Positions 29,711-37,755 of a stretch of DNA of 64,000 bases are shown piece by piece. Every line of letters starts with the position of its first letter. Within the stretch, counting starts at the first letter, position 1. Position numbers and translations under genes: made by a program. Source of the stretch: Candidatus Aldehydirespirator catecholifindens (GTDB taxonomy: Bacteria; Actinomycetota; Acidimicrobiia; Acidimicrobiales; Aldehydirespiratoraceae); the NCBI GenBank assembly GCA_028283245.1, contig JAPYNU010000057.1, forward strand, positions 2,075-66,074, given 5' to 3'. The notes under the pieces were generated by a model that was not told the DNA's origin, did not search any database, and was given only the letters and a program-made list of their open reading frames with translations.

Positions 29711-30586
29711 TCAGACCTGGGTATCGCAGTAGTAGGTCCATTGGCCGCGGAACTTAGTGCGCTTGATTGGTGCCCTTGATCTTTCGCTGAGTTCACCGTG
29801 GCGTCCCCACACTTTGAGATGGTTTGCGAAATTGCCCGGCTCGCCGAAAGGATCTAGGAACGGACGCTGAGGAACCGAAGTCCCGCGGTACTTCATGGCA
29901 TCGTGCAAAGTGCCCACAAGTGCTCGGTGGAGGCGACGGATCTCTTGCGTAGACAGCGTGTTCGCTTTGCGATCAAAGCGCAGCCCAGCCTCAAAAAGTA
30001 TCTCATCGGCGTAAATCTGGCCGATGCCGACCACGAAACGGTCGTCAGTGATCAGAGGCTTAAGTTGGGTATCTTGCTGCAGCAGCAGCCGTCCCATCTC
30101 GGTCCACGAAATGGGCGCAGACACTGGATCAAGCCCAAGCTGGGTAACTTCCGGCAAAACGGTATTGAGATCCTCGCTAGGTATAACGAAAAGCTGCCCG
30201 GTGCCTTCAGTGTCCACAAAACGCAGCTGTCCGTATTGAGTGAAAGAGATCACCACTTCAGTTCCCGGCACGGTGGGGTGCTTGTTGGCGTTGCGACGAG
30301 GCGAACCTGAGGAGCCGAGCGACATGACCAGCAACATTCCAGTGCTGAGTTCGATCACCAGATGAAGGCCGACCCGTCTGACGTCGATCATCTTGGCGCC
30401 ATCAAGCTGAGAAGTGAAGGACTTGCGATTGCGGTAACGGCGCAGGCATTTCATGCTGGCCGCCTCTACGGCCTTTATTTTGCGACCGACCACTTCACGT
30501 TCAAGATCACGTCGGACGGTCTCAACTTCGGGTAGTTCAAAGACTAGGGCCTTGACGCTGCTGGATTTGGCTCGTGCAGCGCTCAT
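29711..30586 (-). CDS. mutM: Fpg/MutM-family protein with degenerate catalytic motifs
   Basis: ELPEVET, LGLDP, GIGQIYADEILF (H2TH); rnc-mutM-smc synteny; lacks N-terminal Pro and Zn-finger Cys. Confidence 0.85.
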   Translation of the reverse strand: MSAARAKSSSVKALVFELPEVETVRRDLEREVVGRKIKAVEAASMKCLRRYRNRKSFTSQLDGAKMIDVRRVGLHLVIELSTGMLLVMSLGSSGSPRRNANKHPTVPGTEVVISFTQYGQLRFVDTEGTGQLFVIPSEDLNTVLPEVTQLGLDPVSAPISWTEMGRLLLQQDTQLKPLITDDRFVVGIGQIYADEILFEAGLRFDRKANTLSTQEIRRLHRALVGTLHDAMKYRGTSVPQRPFLDPFGEPGNFANHLKVWGRHGELSERSRAPIKRTKFRGQWTYYCDTQV

Positions 30587-31314
30587 GGGTGGACCTGCTT
30601 GACGAGAACCTTGTATGCGATCTCTGCGGCTTGCTGTTCAGCGTCTTTTTTGGTGCTGCCTTGACCGCTTCCTGTGGCTGACCCTGTGGTCACTGTTGCC
30701 TCAAACAACTTGTCGTGAGCTGGTCCGCTGTCGGTCATGCAATAGACAGGCGGTGCTGAACCCAGGCGTGCGGCTAGTTCTTGGAGCCTGCTCTTGAAAT
30801 CGCTTTCGCCTGGAGCCAGTGTCGCATCCTCAATCCGCGAGCCAAATGTTGTGCCAACCACTGCATCAGCGGACACGAAACCTCCGTCAAGAAACACTGC
30901 GCCGATCACCGCTTCCATGGCATCGGCCAGAATTGAACGCTTGTCGCTGCCGCCTGATGCCTGCTCTCCAACCGAGAGGCGTAATTGAGCACCCAGACCG
31001 ACCGCACGCGCTAAATCAGCCAAAGTCGCGGCATTAACCAGCGAAGAAAGAATTTTGGCTAGGTCGCCTTCACTGCATTGACGATTGTGCGAATAAAGCC
31101 GTTGCGCGACAGAAAGCCCCAATACAGCGTCGCCAAGAAACTCAAGCCTCTCATTGGAGGAAGCTCCTGGGTGTTCGGCACACCAGGAGCGATGCGTCAA
31201 AGCCAACTCCAGCAACCCAACATCATCAAAGCTGTAACCGAGCCGCTCCATCAGCACTGCGTGACCTGTCGCGTTCCGTGACTCGACTATCGAATGTCCG
31301 TTCAGGTTCTTCAA
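30583..31314 (-). CDS. rnc: Ribonuclease III
   Basis: ALTHRS, NERLEFLGDAVL, ADAMEAVIGA, C-terminal dsRBD. Confidence 0.97.
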   Translation of the reverse strand: MKNLNGHSIVESRNATGHAVLMERLGYSFDDVGLLELALTHRSWCAEHPGASSNERLEFLGDAVLGLSVAQRLYSHNRQCSEGDLAKILSSLVNAATLADLARAVGLGAQLRLSVGEQASGGSDKRSILADAMEAVIGAVFLDGGFVSADAVVGTTFGSRIEDATLAPGESDFKSRLQELAARLGSAPPVYCMTDSGPAHDKLFEATVTTGSATGSGQGSTKKDAEQQAAEIAYKVLVKQVHP

Positions 31315-31332
31315 CTGCTTGTTCCGCGGTGC

Positions 31333-31623
31333 TCAGCCGAGTTTCGCCACGACGTAATCGACTGCATCGCGAACTGAACGCAGATCTTCAAGGTCTTCGT
31401 CCTCAATGCGGAAACCGACCGCACGTTCAGCCAGATCCTCTTCTATCCCTTCCACTAACTCAATGAGCGCCAGTGAGTCTGCATCAAGATCGTCTGCGAA
31501 GGAAGCCCCTTCAGAGATGTCGGAAGGGTCAATCTCCAAGATGTCGGCAAGGCGGTCACGGATCAACGCCAAGACCTCTTCACGCCCTACAGGCGACTGC
31601 ACTACATGGGTCTCTGCGGGCAT
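31333..31623 (-). CDS. acpP: Acyl carrier protein (start ATG 31623 after GGAGG)
   Basis: DLDADSLALIEL phosphopantetheine motif. Confidence 0.92.
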   Translation of the reverse strand: MPAETHVVQSPVGREEVLALIRDRLADILEIDPSDISEGASFADDLDADSLALIELVEGIEEDLAERAVGFRIEDEDLEDLRSVRDAVDYVVAKLG

Positions 31624-31815
31624 TTGCACCTCCATACACCGCTGACGGGCCAGCGCTGCCAGTAGTAGACGGGATTGTGACGATACCTTAGATAATGCAC
31701 AAATGGGTGATGCTCTATCGGGTGATGCACTGTCGCAGCAATGCTAGGTGCCTCGCGTTCTTGCTCGTATGCGCTCACATCGTCGTCCAGGTCACAGCAG
31801 ACGCTTCGATAAAAA

Positions 31816-32838
31816 CTAGCTGTGGGCCGTCGCTGCGATATGTCCCACCATGCCAGCGTTGACCATCTCACGGGCGACTCTCACCGCATTCATCACCGCC
31901 GCCGCTCGACTGGCCCCGTGAGAAATCACGCACACCCCTCTCACTCCCAGCAGCAAAGCGCCACCTACGCTGTCGGGGTGGATTTCCTGGGCCATTGAGT
32001 CAAGCGCCGGGGCGAGCATTTCGCCAGCTTTGCGCGAGGTGTCGTCGGTGTCTATCGCCACCAACATGCGACCAAACAATGCTCGCAGTGACCCCTCTAA
32101 CGCTTTGAGCGTGACATTGCCGGTGAAGCCGTCGGTCACAACCACATCAACATCAGAGGTCATGATGTCACGACCCTCCACATTGCCGATCCAATCCGCA
32201 GCAACATCTTGCGCCCAGCTACCGTCAGACAACTTCTCGAAAGCACTCTTGGTGAAATCGTTGCCCTTGCCAGCTTCTTCACCTATCGACAAGAGCCCCA
32301 CACGCGGCCTTTTGATGCCGAAACGGTCACGGGCGTATACCGACCCCATGCGAGCGAACTGCACCAACCATTCTGGGCGGCATTCGGCGTTAGCACCCGA
32401 GTCAAGTAAGGTGGTAGGACTGGCCCCCGGGGTGGGAATGGGCGTAGCTATCGCTGGCCTGGTGATGCCACGCACGCGCCCCATGCGAAGTAGCGCCGCT
32501 CCCATCGCAGCGCCAGTGTTGCCAGCCGAAACCATCGCAGAAGCTAGCCCGTCACGTACCGCTTCAGCGGCCCTGACCAGCGACGAATCCTTCATAGTGC
32601 GCACGCTTGAGCCTGGTTCGGCGTCCATGGGGATCACTTCAGAAGCTTCGATTACTTCAAGTCCGCCAGTGTCACCCATTTCGTCTGGGCGACCTACCAG
32701 CACTACGGGGATTCCCAACTCGTCGGCAGCACGGCGGGCACCAGCCACAATCTCACCGGGAGCGCTATCGCCTCCCATGGCATCAACAGCCACCGGCTCC
32801 ATGTTTATTAGACCAGCCGGACCCGACAAAGGTTCCAT
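31816..32838 (-). CDS. plsX: Phosphate acyltransferase PlsX
   Basis: AVDAMGGD, VSAGNTGA, GNVEGRD, TDGFTGNVTLK, SHG. Confidence 0.96.
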   Translation of the reverse strand: MEPLSGPAGLINMEPVAVDAMGGDSAPGEIVAGARRAADELGIPVVLVGRPDEMGDTGGLEVIEASEVIPMDAEPGSSVRTMKDSSLVRAAEAVRDGLASAMVSAGNTGAAMGAALLRMGRVRGITRPAIATPIPTPGASPTTLLDSGANAECRPEWLVQFARMGSVYARDRFGIKRPRVGLLSIGEEAGKGNDFTKSAFEKLSDGSWAQDVAADWIGNVEGRDIMTSDVDVVVTDGFTGNVTLKALEGSLRALFGRMLVAIDTDDTSRKAGEMLAPALDSMAQEIHPDSVGGALLLGVRGVCVISHGASRAAAVMNAVRVAREMVNAGMVGHIAATAHS

Positions 32839-32864
32839 TAGCTATCTGGTTCCATTAGCTATCT
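32831..32864. repeat. Perfect 17-bp tandem duplication spanning the plsX start
   Basis: ggttccattagctatct x2; creates mini-ORF MEPDS (32838-32855, minus strand). Confidence 0.9.
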
Positions 32865-32903
32865 CAGCTCGTAGGGCTCGTGCCTCAGCCGAGACTTCTC
32901 AAC

Positions 32904-33083
32904 CTAAGCCACCTCAATAGCTTGACGGTTGCTATACCAACCGCATTGCCCGCAGGCATAATGCGGACGCTTGACTGCCCCGCAACGGGGACAGACACTG
33001 CGGCCCGCTGAACGGACACGCCAAGCCGAAGCCCGTCGGCTACGTCCTTTGGCTTTAGAGGTCTTCTTCTTGGGGACAGCCAT
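32904..33083 (-). CDS. rpmF: 50S ribosomal protein L32 (Zn-ribbon type, 59 aa)
   Basis: Below the ORF-track cutoff: MAVPKKKTSKAKGRSRRASAW...CPRCGAVKRPHYACGQCGWYSNRQAIEVA. Confidence 0.97.
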   Translation of the reverse strand: MAVPKKKTSKAKGRSRRASAWRVRSAGRSVCPRCGAVKRPHYACGQCGWYSNRQAIEVA

Positions 33084-33222
33084 CTCAGATCCTGATCTTT
33101 TGGTTAGAGAATCCCCACCACAGGAGAATCCTCACTTCGGGAGAACCTTCACCAGCAAAGCGAATTGCAGCGGGTGAGCATACCGGCATCAACTTTAGGG
33201 GCCTACATGTCGGTTTGGGGGC

Positions 33223-33732
33223 CTACATGTCGGCATTCGCTGGCGGCGGAGCTGCTGAACCGGTCGGGAAGCGTTCTGGGACAGGCCCGGCGCAATCCGA
33301 CGAACAAAGCGGTGCCATAGGCAACGACAAGATGGCTACTTGATGACTGGCTGGTGCCAAATCAACGCGTTGATCGCGGATCGGCCAGGTTTCTCCTTCG
33401 AGCGGTTCCCACTCAAACACCTCATCTAGGGCCGCCTCCAGCGGGCCGCGCACTTCTTCAAGACAGCGACGGCATTCTGCCACCCAAATCCCTCTCACTT
33501 GTCCGACAGCCAGGTATGTGGCTGCCGCCTTTCGCAGCATCACCTCCACCTCAAGCAGGTCATCTAGCACTCGGGCACACGGCAAAACAAGATCACTCAA
33601 CTGGCATCGGCGCAAAACCTCAATGCAGTCAACCGTTCCCGCCTCTAAGCGCGCACAGTCAACGATCAGGTTGCTGCTGAGTCGCTCGCTACTGTTGGGC
33701 GGTTCGCTGCTGGGTTGCTTGCTGCTGGGCAT
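33223..33732 (-). CDS. DUF177/YceD family protein
   Basis: ECRRCL and PMAPLCSSDCAG motifs; upstream of rpmF. Confidence 0.88.
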   Translation of the reverse strand: MPSSKQPSSEPPNSSERLSSNLIVDCARLEAGTVDCIEVLRRCQLSDLVLPCARVLDDLLEVEVMLRKAAATYLAVGQVRGIWVAECRRCLEEVRGPLEAALDEVFEWEPLEGETWPIRDQRVDLAPASHQVAILSLPMAPLCSSDCAGPVPERFPTGSAAPPPANADM

Positions 33733-33765
33733 TGCTGCACAGGTCGGATTTGTGAAAAGAATCGC

Positions 33766-34365
33766 TCAGGTGCCGTTGGTGCCAGCACTGAGACCACCCA
33801 GATCTTGATCGAAGACATCGTCTTCTTGCTTGGCTGGCTCAGGTACCGGCTCGGGTCTCGGCATTCTCGTGTCTTGCAGCCTCTGACGCCCGGCCGCCAC
33901 CGCCGTAACGGTCTTTTGGAGCGTCGCCTCAAATGCCGCTAAGCGCTGATCGCACCAGTCTTCGGTTTCGAGTTTCATCCTCTTGGCGCGGGCTTCTGCT
34001 TCGTCAACAGTGCGTCGGGCTCGCAGGTCAGCGGCCTTGACAACTTCGCTGCGCTGCACCATCTGCTCGGCACGAGCTCGAGCCGCAGCGATTATTTCCT
34101 CTCCTTCTCGCTGAGCACGCTGGCGCATGTCTTCTCGCTCTTTGAGCATCCACCGTGCCGCACGAAGCTCTTCAGGCAAAGCTGCTGACGCTCTCTGCAG
34201 AATCGCTGTCAGTTCGTCGCCGTTGATCATCACCGAAGTCGAAAACGGCATCGCGCGAGAGCGCTCCAGAATGCGGATTGCTTGGGCCAGCAACTGTTCA
34301 ACAGTCAACTGGCGAGCCTCGTGTGAGTTGCCGGGAGGTGACGACATGGGGGCATTCGAACTCAT
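33766..34365 (-). CDS. Coiled-coil DivIVA-related protein (SepIVA/Rv2927c-like)
   Basis: RAMPFSTSVMIN...LPEELRAARW...ETEDWCDQRLAAFE; conserved position between coaD and DUF177. Confidence 0.78.
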   Translation of the reverse strand: MSSNAPMSSPPGNSHEARQLTVEQLLAQAIRILERSRAMPFSTSVMINGDELTAILQRASAALPEELRAARWMLKEREDMRQRAQREGEEIIAAARARAEQMVQRSEVVKAADLRARRTVDEAEARAKRMKLETEDWCDQRLAAFEATLQKTVTAVAAGRQRLQDTRMPRPEPVPEPAKQEDDVFDQDLGGLSAGTNGT

Positions 34366-34451
34366 TGTTCCCGCCGTATCTGGACTGCCTTTGGCTTGGT
34401 CAAGCCTAGAGACACCCTCGGGTTATATGACGCACCGGCTGCCGGTTTCAT
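34362..34451 (-). CDS. Putative bridge mini-ORF (29 aa)
   Basis: MKPAAGASYNPRVSLGLTKPKAVQIRREQ; ATGA overlap with the coaD stop and ATGA overlap with the next start. Confidence 0.5.
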   Translation of the reverse strand: MKPAAGASYNPRVSLGLTKPKAVQIRREQ

Positions 34452-34933
34452 TGCTGCTGCTCGAAACGCTCTGCCAGACGCTTTTGAACCGGCTCAGGCA
34501 CCATGGACGAAACGTCGCCTCCGAAGCGCACCACTTCACGGATCAGCTTGGAAGCGACGAAAGATCTCTTGCTGGCAGAAGGAATAAAAACCGTCTGCAC
34601 GCCAGCCAACGCTTGGTTCATTTGCGCCATCTGTAGCTCGCTCTCGAAATCTGAGACCGCCCGCAAGCCTTTCACGATGAAGTCTGCTTCAAGGTCACGA
34701 GCCAGATTCACCACCAGACTGGAGAACATCGCTACCGAGACATTGGGCAGATCAGCGCAGCATTCCTTGATCATCTGCTCACGCTCATCAAGGCTGAACA
34801 AGCCCTGACCTTTTTGAGGGTTGCGCATCGCGGCAACGACCACCTCATCAAAGAGCTGCGCGCTGGTCACAATAATCTCAAGATGGCCGTAGTGGATCGG
34901 GTCGAAAGATCCTGGATACAGCACACGGGTCAC
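34448..34933 (-). CDS. coaD: Phosphopantetheine adenylyltransferase
   Basis: YPGSFDPIHYGH, KGLRAVSDFESE. Confidence 0.97.
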   Translation of the reverse strand: MTRVLYPGSFDPIHYGHLEIIVTSAQLFDEVVVAAMRNPQKGQGLFSLDEREQMIKECCADLPNVSVAMFSSLVVNLARDLEADFIVKGLRAVSDFESELQMAQMNQALAGVQTVFIPSASKRSFVASKLIREVVRFGGDVSSMVPEPVQKRLAERFEQQQ

Positions 34934-34986
34934 GGCTTGAATCGCTTTCTTTCTGTCGGCTTTTTGGCTGATCTACTGCTAGTCAT
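34930..34986 (-). CDS. Putative bridge mini-ORF (18 aa)
   Basis: MTSSRSAKKPTERKRFKP; ATGA overlap with the rsmD stop, GTGA overlap with the coaD start. Confidence 0.5.
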   Translation of the reverse strand: MTSSRSAKKPTERKRFKP

Positions 34987-35513
34987 TCAGTAACTGTTGC
35001 GAACGTCACCACGGTAGTCCCGTGACGGCGGCGATGTTGGACAACGAAACGCGAGCCCACCTCAACTGGACGATCCGACTCAATCACTACCAGCTCTGCG
35101 GGCACACATGCCAGCAACTCAGGCCAAGCATCGAAAGCATACGGAGGGTCAATAAGCGCCACATCGAAGCGGCGTGCAGCCAGTTCATCCAGCGCTGTCT
35201 CCACATCGGCAGCTATCACAGTGGCCGCCTCGCTGAAGCCTGTGAGCGCTAAGTTGCTTTGCAAAAGATCAGCCACAGCAGGGTTGCGTTCAACAAAAAC
35301 TGCGTGAGCGGCACCTCGGCTCAACGCTTCGATCCCTAACGCGCCCGTACCGGCGAAAAGATCAAGAACCTGTGTGTCTGTCACAGCACCCAAGGAATAA
35401 AGCGAGTTGAACACAGCCTGGCGTACCTTGTTGGGCGTGGGTCGCGTGCCGGTGCCGTCGGGTGCTGCCAGCAGGCGTCCCTTGGCTGAGCCAGCCGATA
35501 CACGGATGCTCAC
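34983..35513 (-). CDS. rsmD: 16S rRNA m2G966 methyltransferase
   Basis: TRPT, LDLFAGTGALGIEALSRGA, DPPY. Confidence 0.95.
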   Translation of the reverse strand: MSIRVSAGSAKGRLLAAPDGTGTRPTPNKVRQAVFNSLYSLGAVTDTQVLDLFAGTGALGIEALSRGAAHAVFVERNPAVADLLQSNLALTGFSEAATVIAADVETALDELAARRFDVALIDPPYAFDAWPELLACVPAELVVIESDRPVEVGSRFVVQHRRRHGTTVVTFATVTE

Positions 35514-35546
35514 CGTCTAACCCTTCTGCTCATCGTCTAACTCTTC
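35507..35546. repeat. 20-bp tandem duplication of the rsmD start region
   Basis: tgctca(c/t)cgtctaac(c/t)cttc x2; creates mini-ORF MSRRVRR (35510-35533, minus strand). Confidence 0.85.
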
Positions 35547-37691
35547 CTAACTCTTAAGCAAGAACTCGGCTTCACGGTCACCGAGCATTAGTTCTATTTC
35601 ATCAGCTAGCGCTGGAAGCTTTAACAGATCTGGATCATCGTCAAGGATTTCGATTGCGACCTCGCGAGCCTTTTCGACCCATTCCTTGTCGCGTCGCAGC
35701 GAAGCCAGCCGCAGGTCGTTGCGTCCCTTCTGGCGCTCCCCCATGATCGTGCCCTCTCCGCGCAGTTCTAAATCAACTTCAGCTAGATGGAAACCGTCAT
35801 CGGAGTCCACCAGAGCTTGCAGGCGAGCCTCGGCTTCAGGCGTGGCGGCTTCTCCAACCAGATAGCAGTTGGATGCATATTGAGCGCGGCCTACCCGACC
35901 CCGCAACTGATGAAGCTGCGCTATACCGAATCGACCCGCATCAATAACTACCATCACGGTGGCATTGGCAACATCAACACCTACCTCAATGACGGTGGTG
36001 GACACCAGCACATCAAGCTGATTCGAGCGGAACAGGCTCATCGTGGCCTCTTTCTCTGCGGCTGAAACCCGCCCATGTAATAAACCAACCCGAAGTCCCG
36101 CTAGTTCACCTCCCTCGCCGCTGAGACGCTCGTAGGTTTCCATAGCGGAACGAACATCAATCACTTCGGACTCCTCAATCAGCGGGCAAACCACATACGC
36201 CTGATGCCCTTTTGCTGCAGCATCACGAACCGCTTCCCAAACCAGTGCCTCCCCAAGAGGGCCTCTGGCCCAAGTGGTGTCAATCCGCACGCGACCAGAG
36301 GGAAGCTCATCAAGCACCGACACGTCCAAATCGCCGTAGACGGTCATTGCTGCGGTGCGCGGAATTGGGGTTGCGGTCATCACCAGCAAATCTGGTGTCA
36401 GCGACTGCGGCCCGCGGTCACGCAGAACTGCCCGCTGCTCCACACCGAAACGATGCTGCTCGTCGATCACCACCACCCCCAGAGACTCATATTGCAGATC
36501 ATCTGAGATGAGCGCATGGGTACCGACCACGATGTCAACCTCTCCAGCAGCCAGCCCGGCTGCCGTCTTGCGGCGCTGCGCTGCGGGGCAACTCGCTGTC
36601 AATAGTTCCATCCGCAGAGGGCGACTAGCTGTAAGGCGGGTCTCGTCGGGCACCGAGAAGTCTCCGAGCAGTTTCGTCATCGTCTGATGGTGCTGTTCGG
36701 CGAGCACCTCCGTCGGTGCCATCAAAGCACCTTGATAGCCGCCCTGCACTGCGGTCAACAAAGCGCACAATGCCACCACTGTTTTACCTGCACCGACATC
36801 ACCTTGCAGCAGTCGATGCATGGGGTGAGCCTTGGCTAAGTCCTCGCTGATCACTGAGATCGCCTGCTGTTGAGCATCGGTCAACTCAAACGGCAAACCC
36901 GCCACAAAGAGGTTCACAAGTTCCCCGCCGACAGCGTGCGACAAACCGGCGGTGTTTTGCTCCATCCGGCGCTTGCGTTGCACCAGACGCAGCTGCAAAC
37001 GCAAAAGCTCATCGAACATGAGACGCTGCCTCGCCCGGCTCGACTCTGCCATGGTCTCAGGACGGTGTATCCCACAGAACGCGGCGTGACGGTTCATCAA
37101 TTTGAGCCGGGTCGGCAGTTCGTCTGGTAACGGGTCATCTATGCTGCGGGCTTCGCAACGGTCTAGCACGTTGGCGACATGATCAGCGATATGCCAGGTT
37201 CTCAGACCTGACTTCTCCGACTGCGGATAGACGGCAATGATGCGACCGGTGCGGTCACCTACCAGATCCACCACTGGATTGGTCATCTGCAAAGCACCCT
37301 GATAACGGCTCGGCTTGCCATGCACCACAACCGTGCGACCCACGTTAAGGCTCTGCTCTAGCCACGGCTGATTGAAGAAGACCAGCTTGAGCCTGCCGCT
37401 GTCGTCTGAGACGACCACTTCGACCAGCTTTTGACGCCGCCTGGTTCGCCGCGAAGCACTGCGCTCAACACGAGCCACCACAAAGACTTCTTCATCGACC
37501 ATCAGATCAACTATTCGTGCCTGGCGGGTGCGGTCAAGGTAGCGGCGTGGATAATGCTGCAGCAGATCAAGCACGCTGCGTATCTCGAGTTCGGCTAGGG
37601 CTGCTGCGCGTTTGGTTCCTAGATTTTTGAGGCGCTCGACGGCTATGGCATCAAGGTCACGGAAACTCAGAGGTGGGTCACCTGCAGGCAT
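35547..37691 (-). CDS. recG: ATP-dependent DNA helicase RecG (likely start ATG 37691)
   Basis: LQGDVGAGKT, DEQHRFG, MTATPIPR, QLHQLRGRVGR. Confidence 0.96.
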   Translation of the reverse strand: MPAGDPPLSFRDLDAIAVERLKNLGTKRAAALAELEIRSVLDLLQHYPRRYLDRTRQARIVDLMVDEEVFVVARVERSASRRTRRRQKLVEVVVSDDSGRLKLVFFNQPWLEQSLNVGRTVVVHGKPSRYQGALQMTNPVVDLVGDRTGRIIAVYPQSEKSGLRTWHIADHVANVLDRCEARSIDDPLPDELPTRLKLMNRHAAFCGIHRPETMAESSRARQRLMFDELLRLQLRLVQRKRRMEQNTAGLSHAVGGELVNLFVAGLPFELTDAQQQAISVISEDLAKAHPMHRLLQGDVGAGKTVVALCALLTAVQGGYQGALMAPTEVLAEQHHQTMTKLLGDFSVPDETRLTASRPLRMELLTASCPAAQRRKTAAGLAAGEVDIVVGTHALISDDLQYESLGVVVIDEQHRFGVEQRAVLRDRGPQSLTPDLLVMTATPIPRTAAMTVYGDLDVSVLDELPSGRVRIDTTWARGPLGEALVWEAVRDAAAKGHQAYVVCPLIEESEVIDVRSAMETYERLSGEGGELAGLRVGLLHGRVSAAEKEATMSLFRSNQLDVLVSTTVIEVGVDVANATVMVVIDAGRFGIAQLHQLRGRVGRAQYASNCYLVGEAATPEAEARLQALVDSDDGFHLAEVDLELRGEGTIMGERQKGRNDLRLASLRRDKEWVEKAREVAIEILDDDPDLLKLPALADEIELMLGDREAEFLLKS

Positions 37692-37755
37692 AGTCGAGAT
37701 CGCAGCCGTCGTGTAGTTATCGCCTCGCCGCTGTCCCCGTTGAACCGCCGACGCT

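Noticed and set aside
31602-31871. His/Tyr-rich 89-aa ORF between plsX and acpP
   Set aside because: Overlaps both neighbours out of frame, has no motif, and covers the likely acpP promoter and RBS.
18873-33769. Bridge ORFs at khpA-rimM, acpP-rnc and sepIVA-like-DUF177 (also checked DAK2-recG)
   Set aside because: No double-overlap ORF found; these are counter-examples, so the pattern is not universal.
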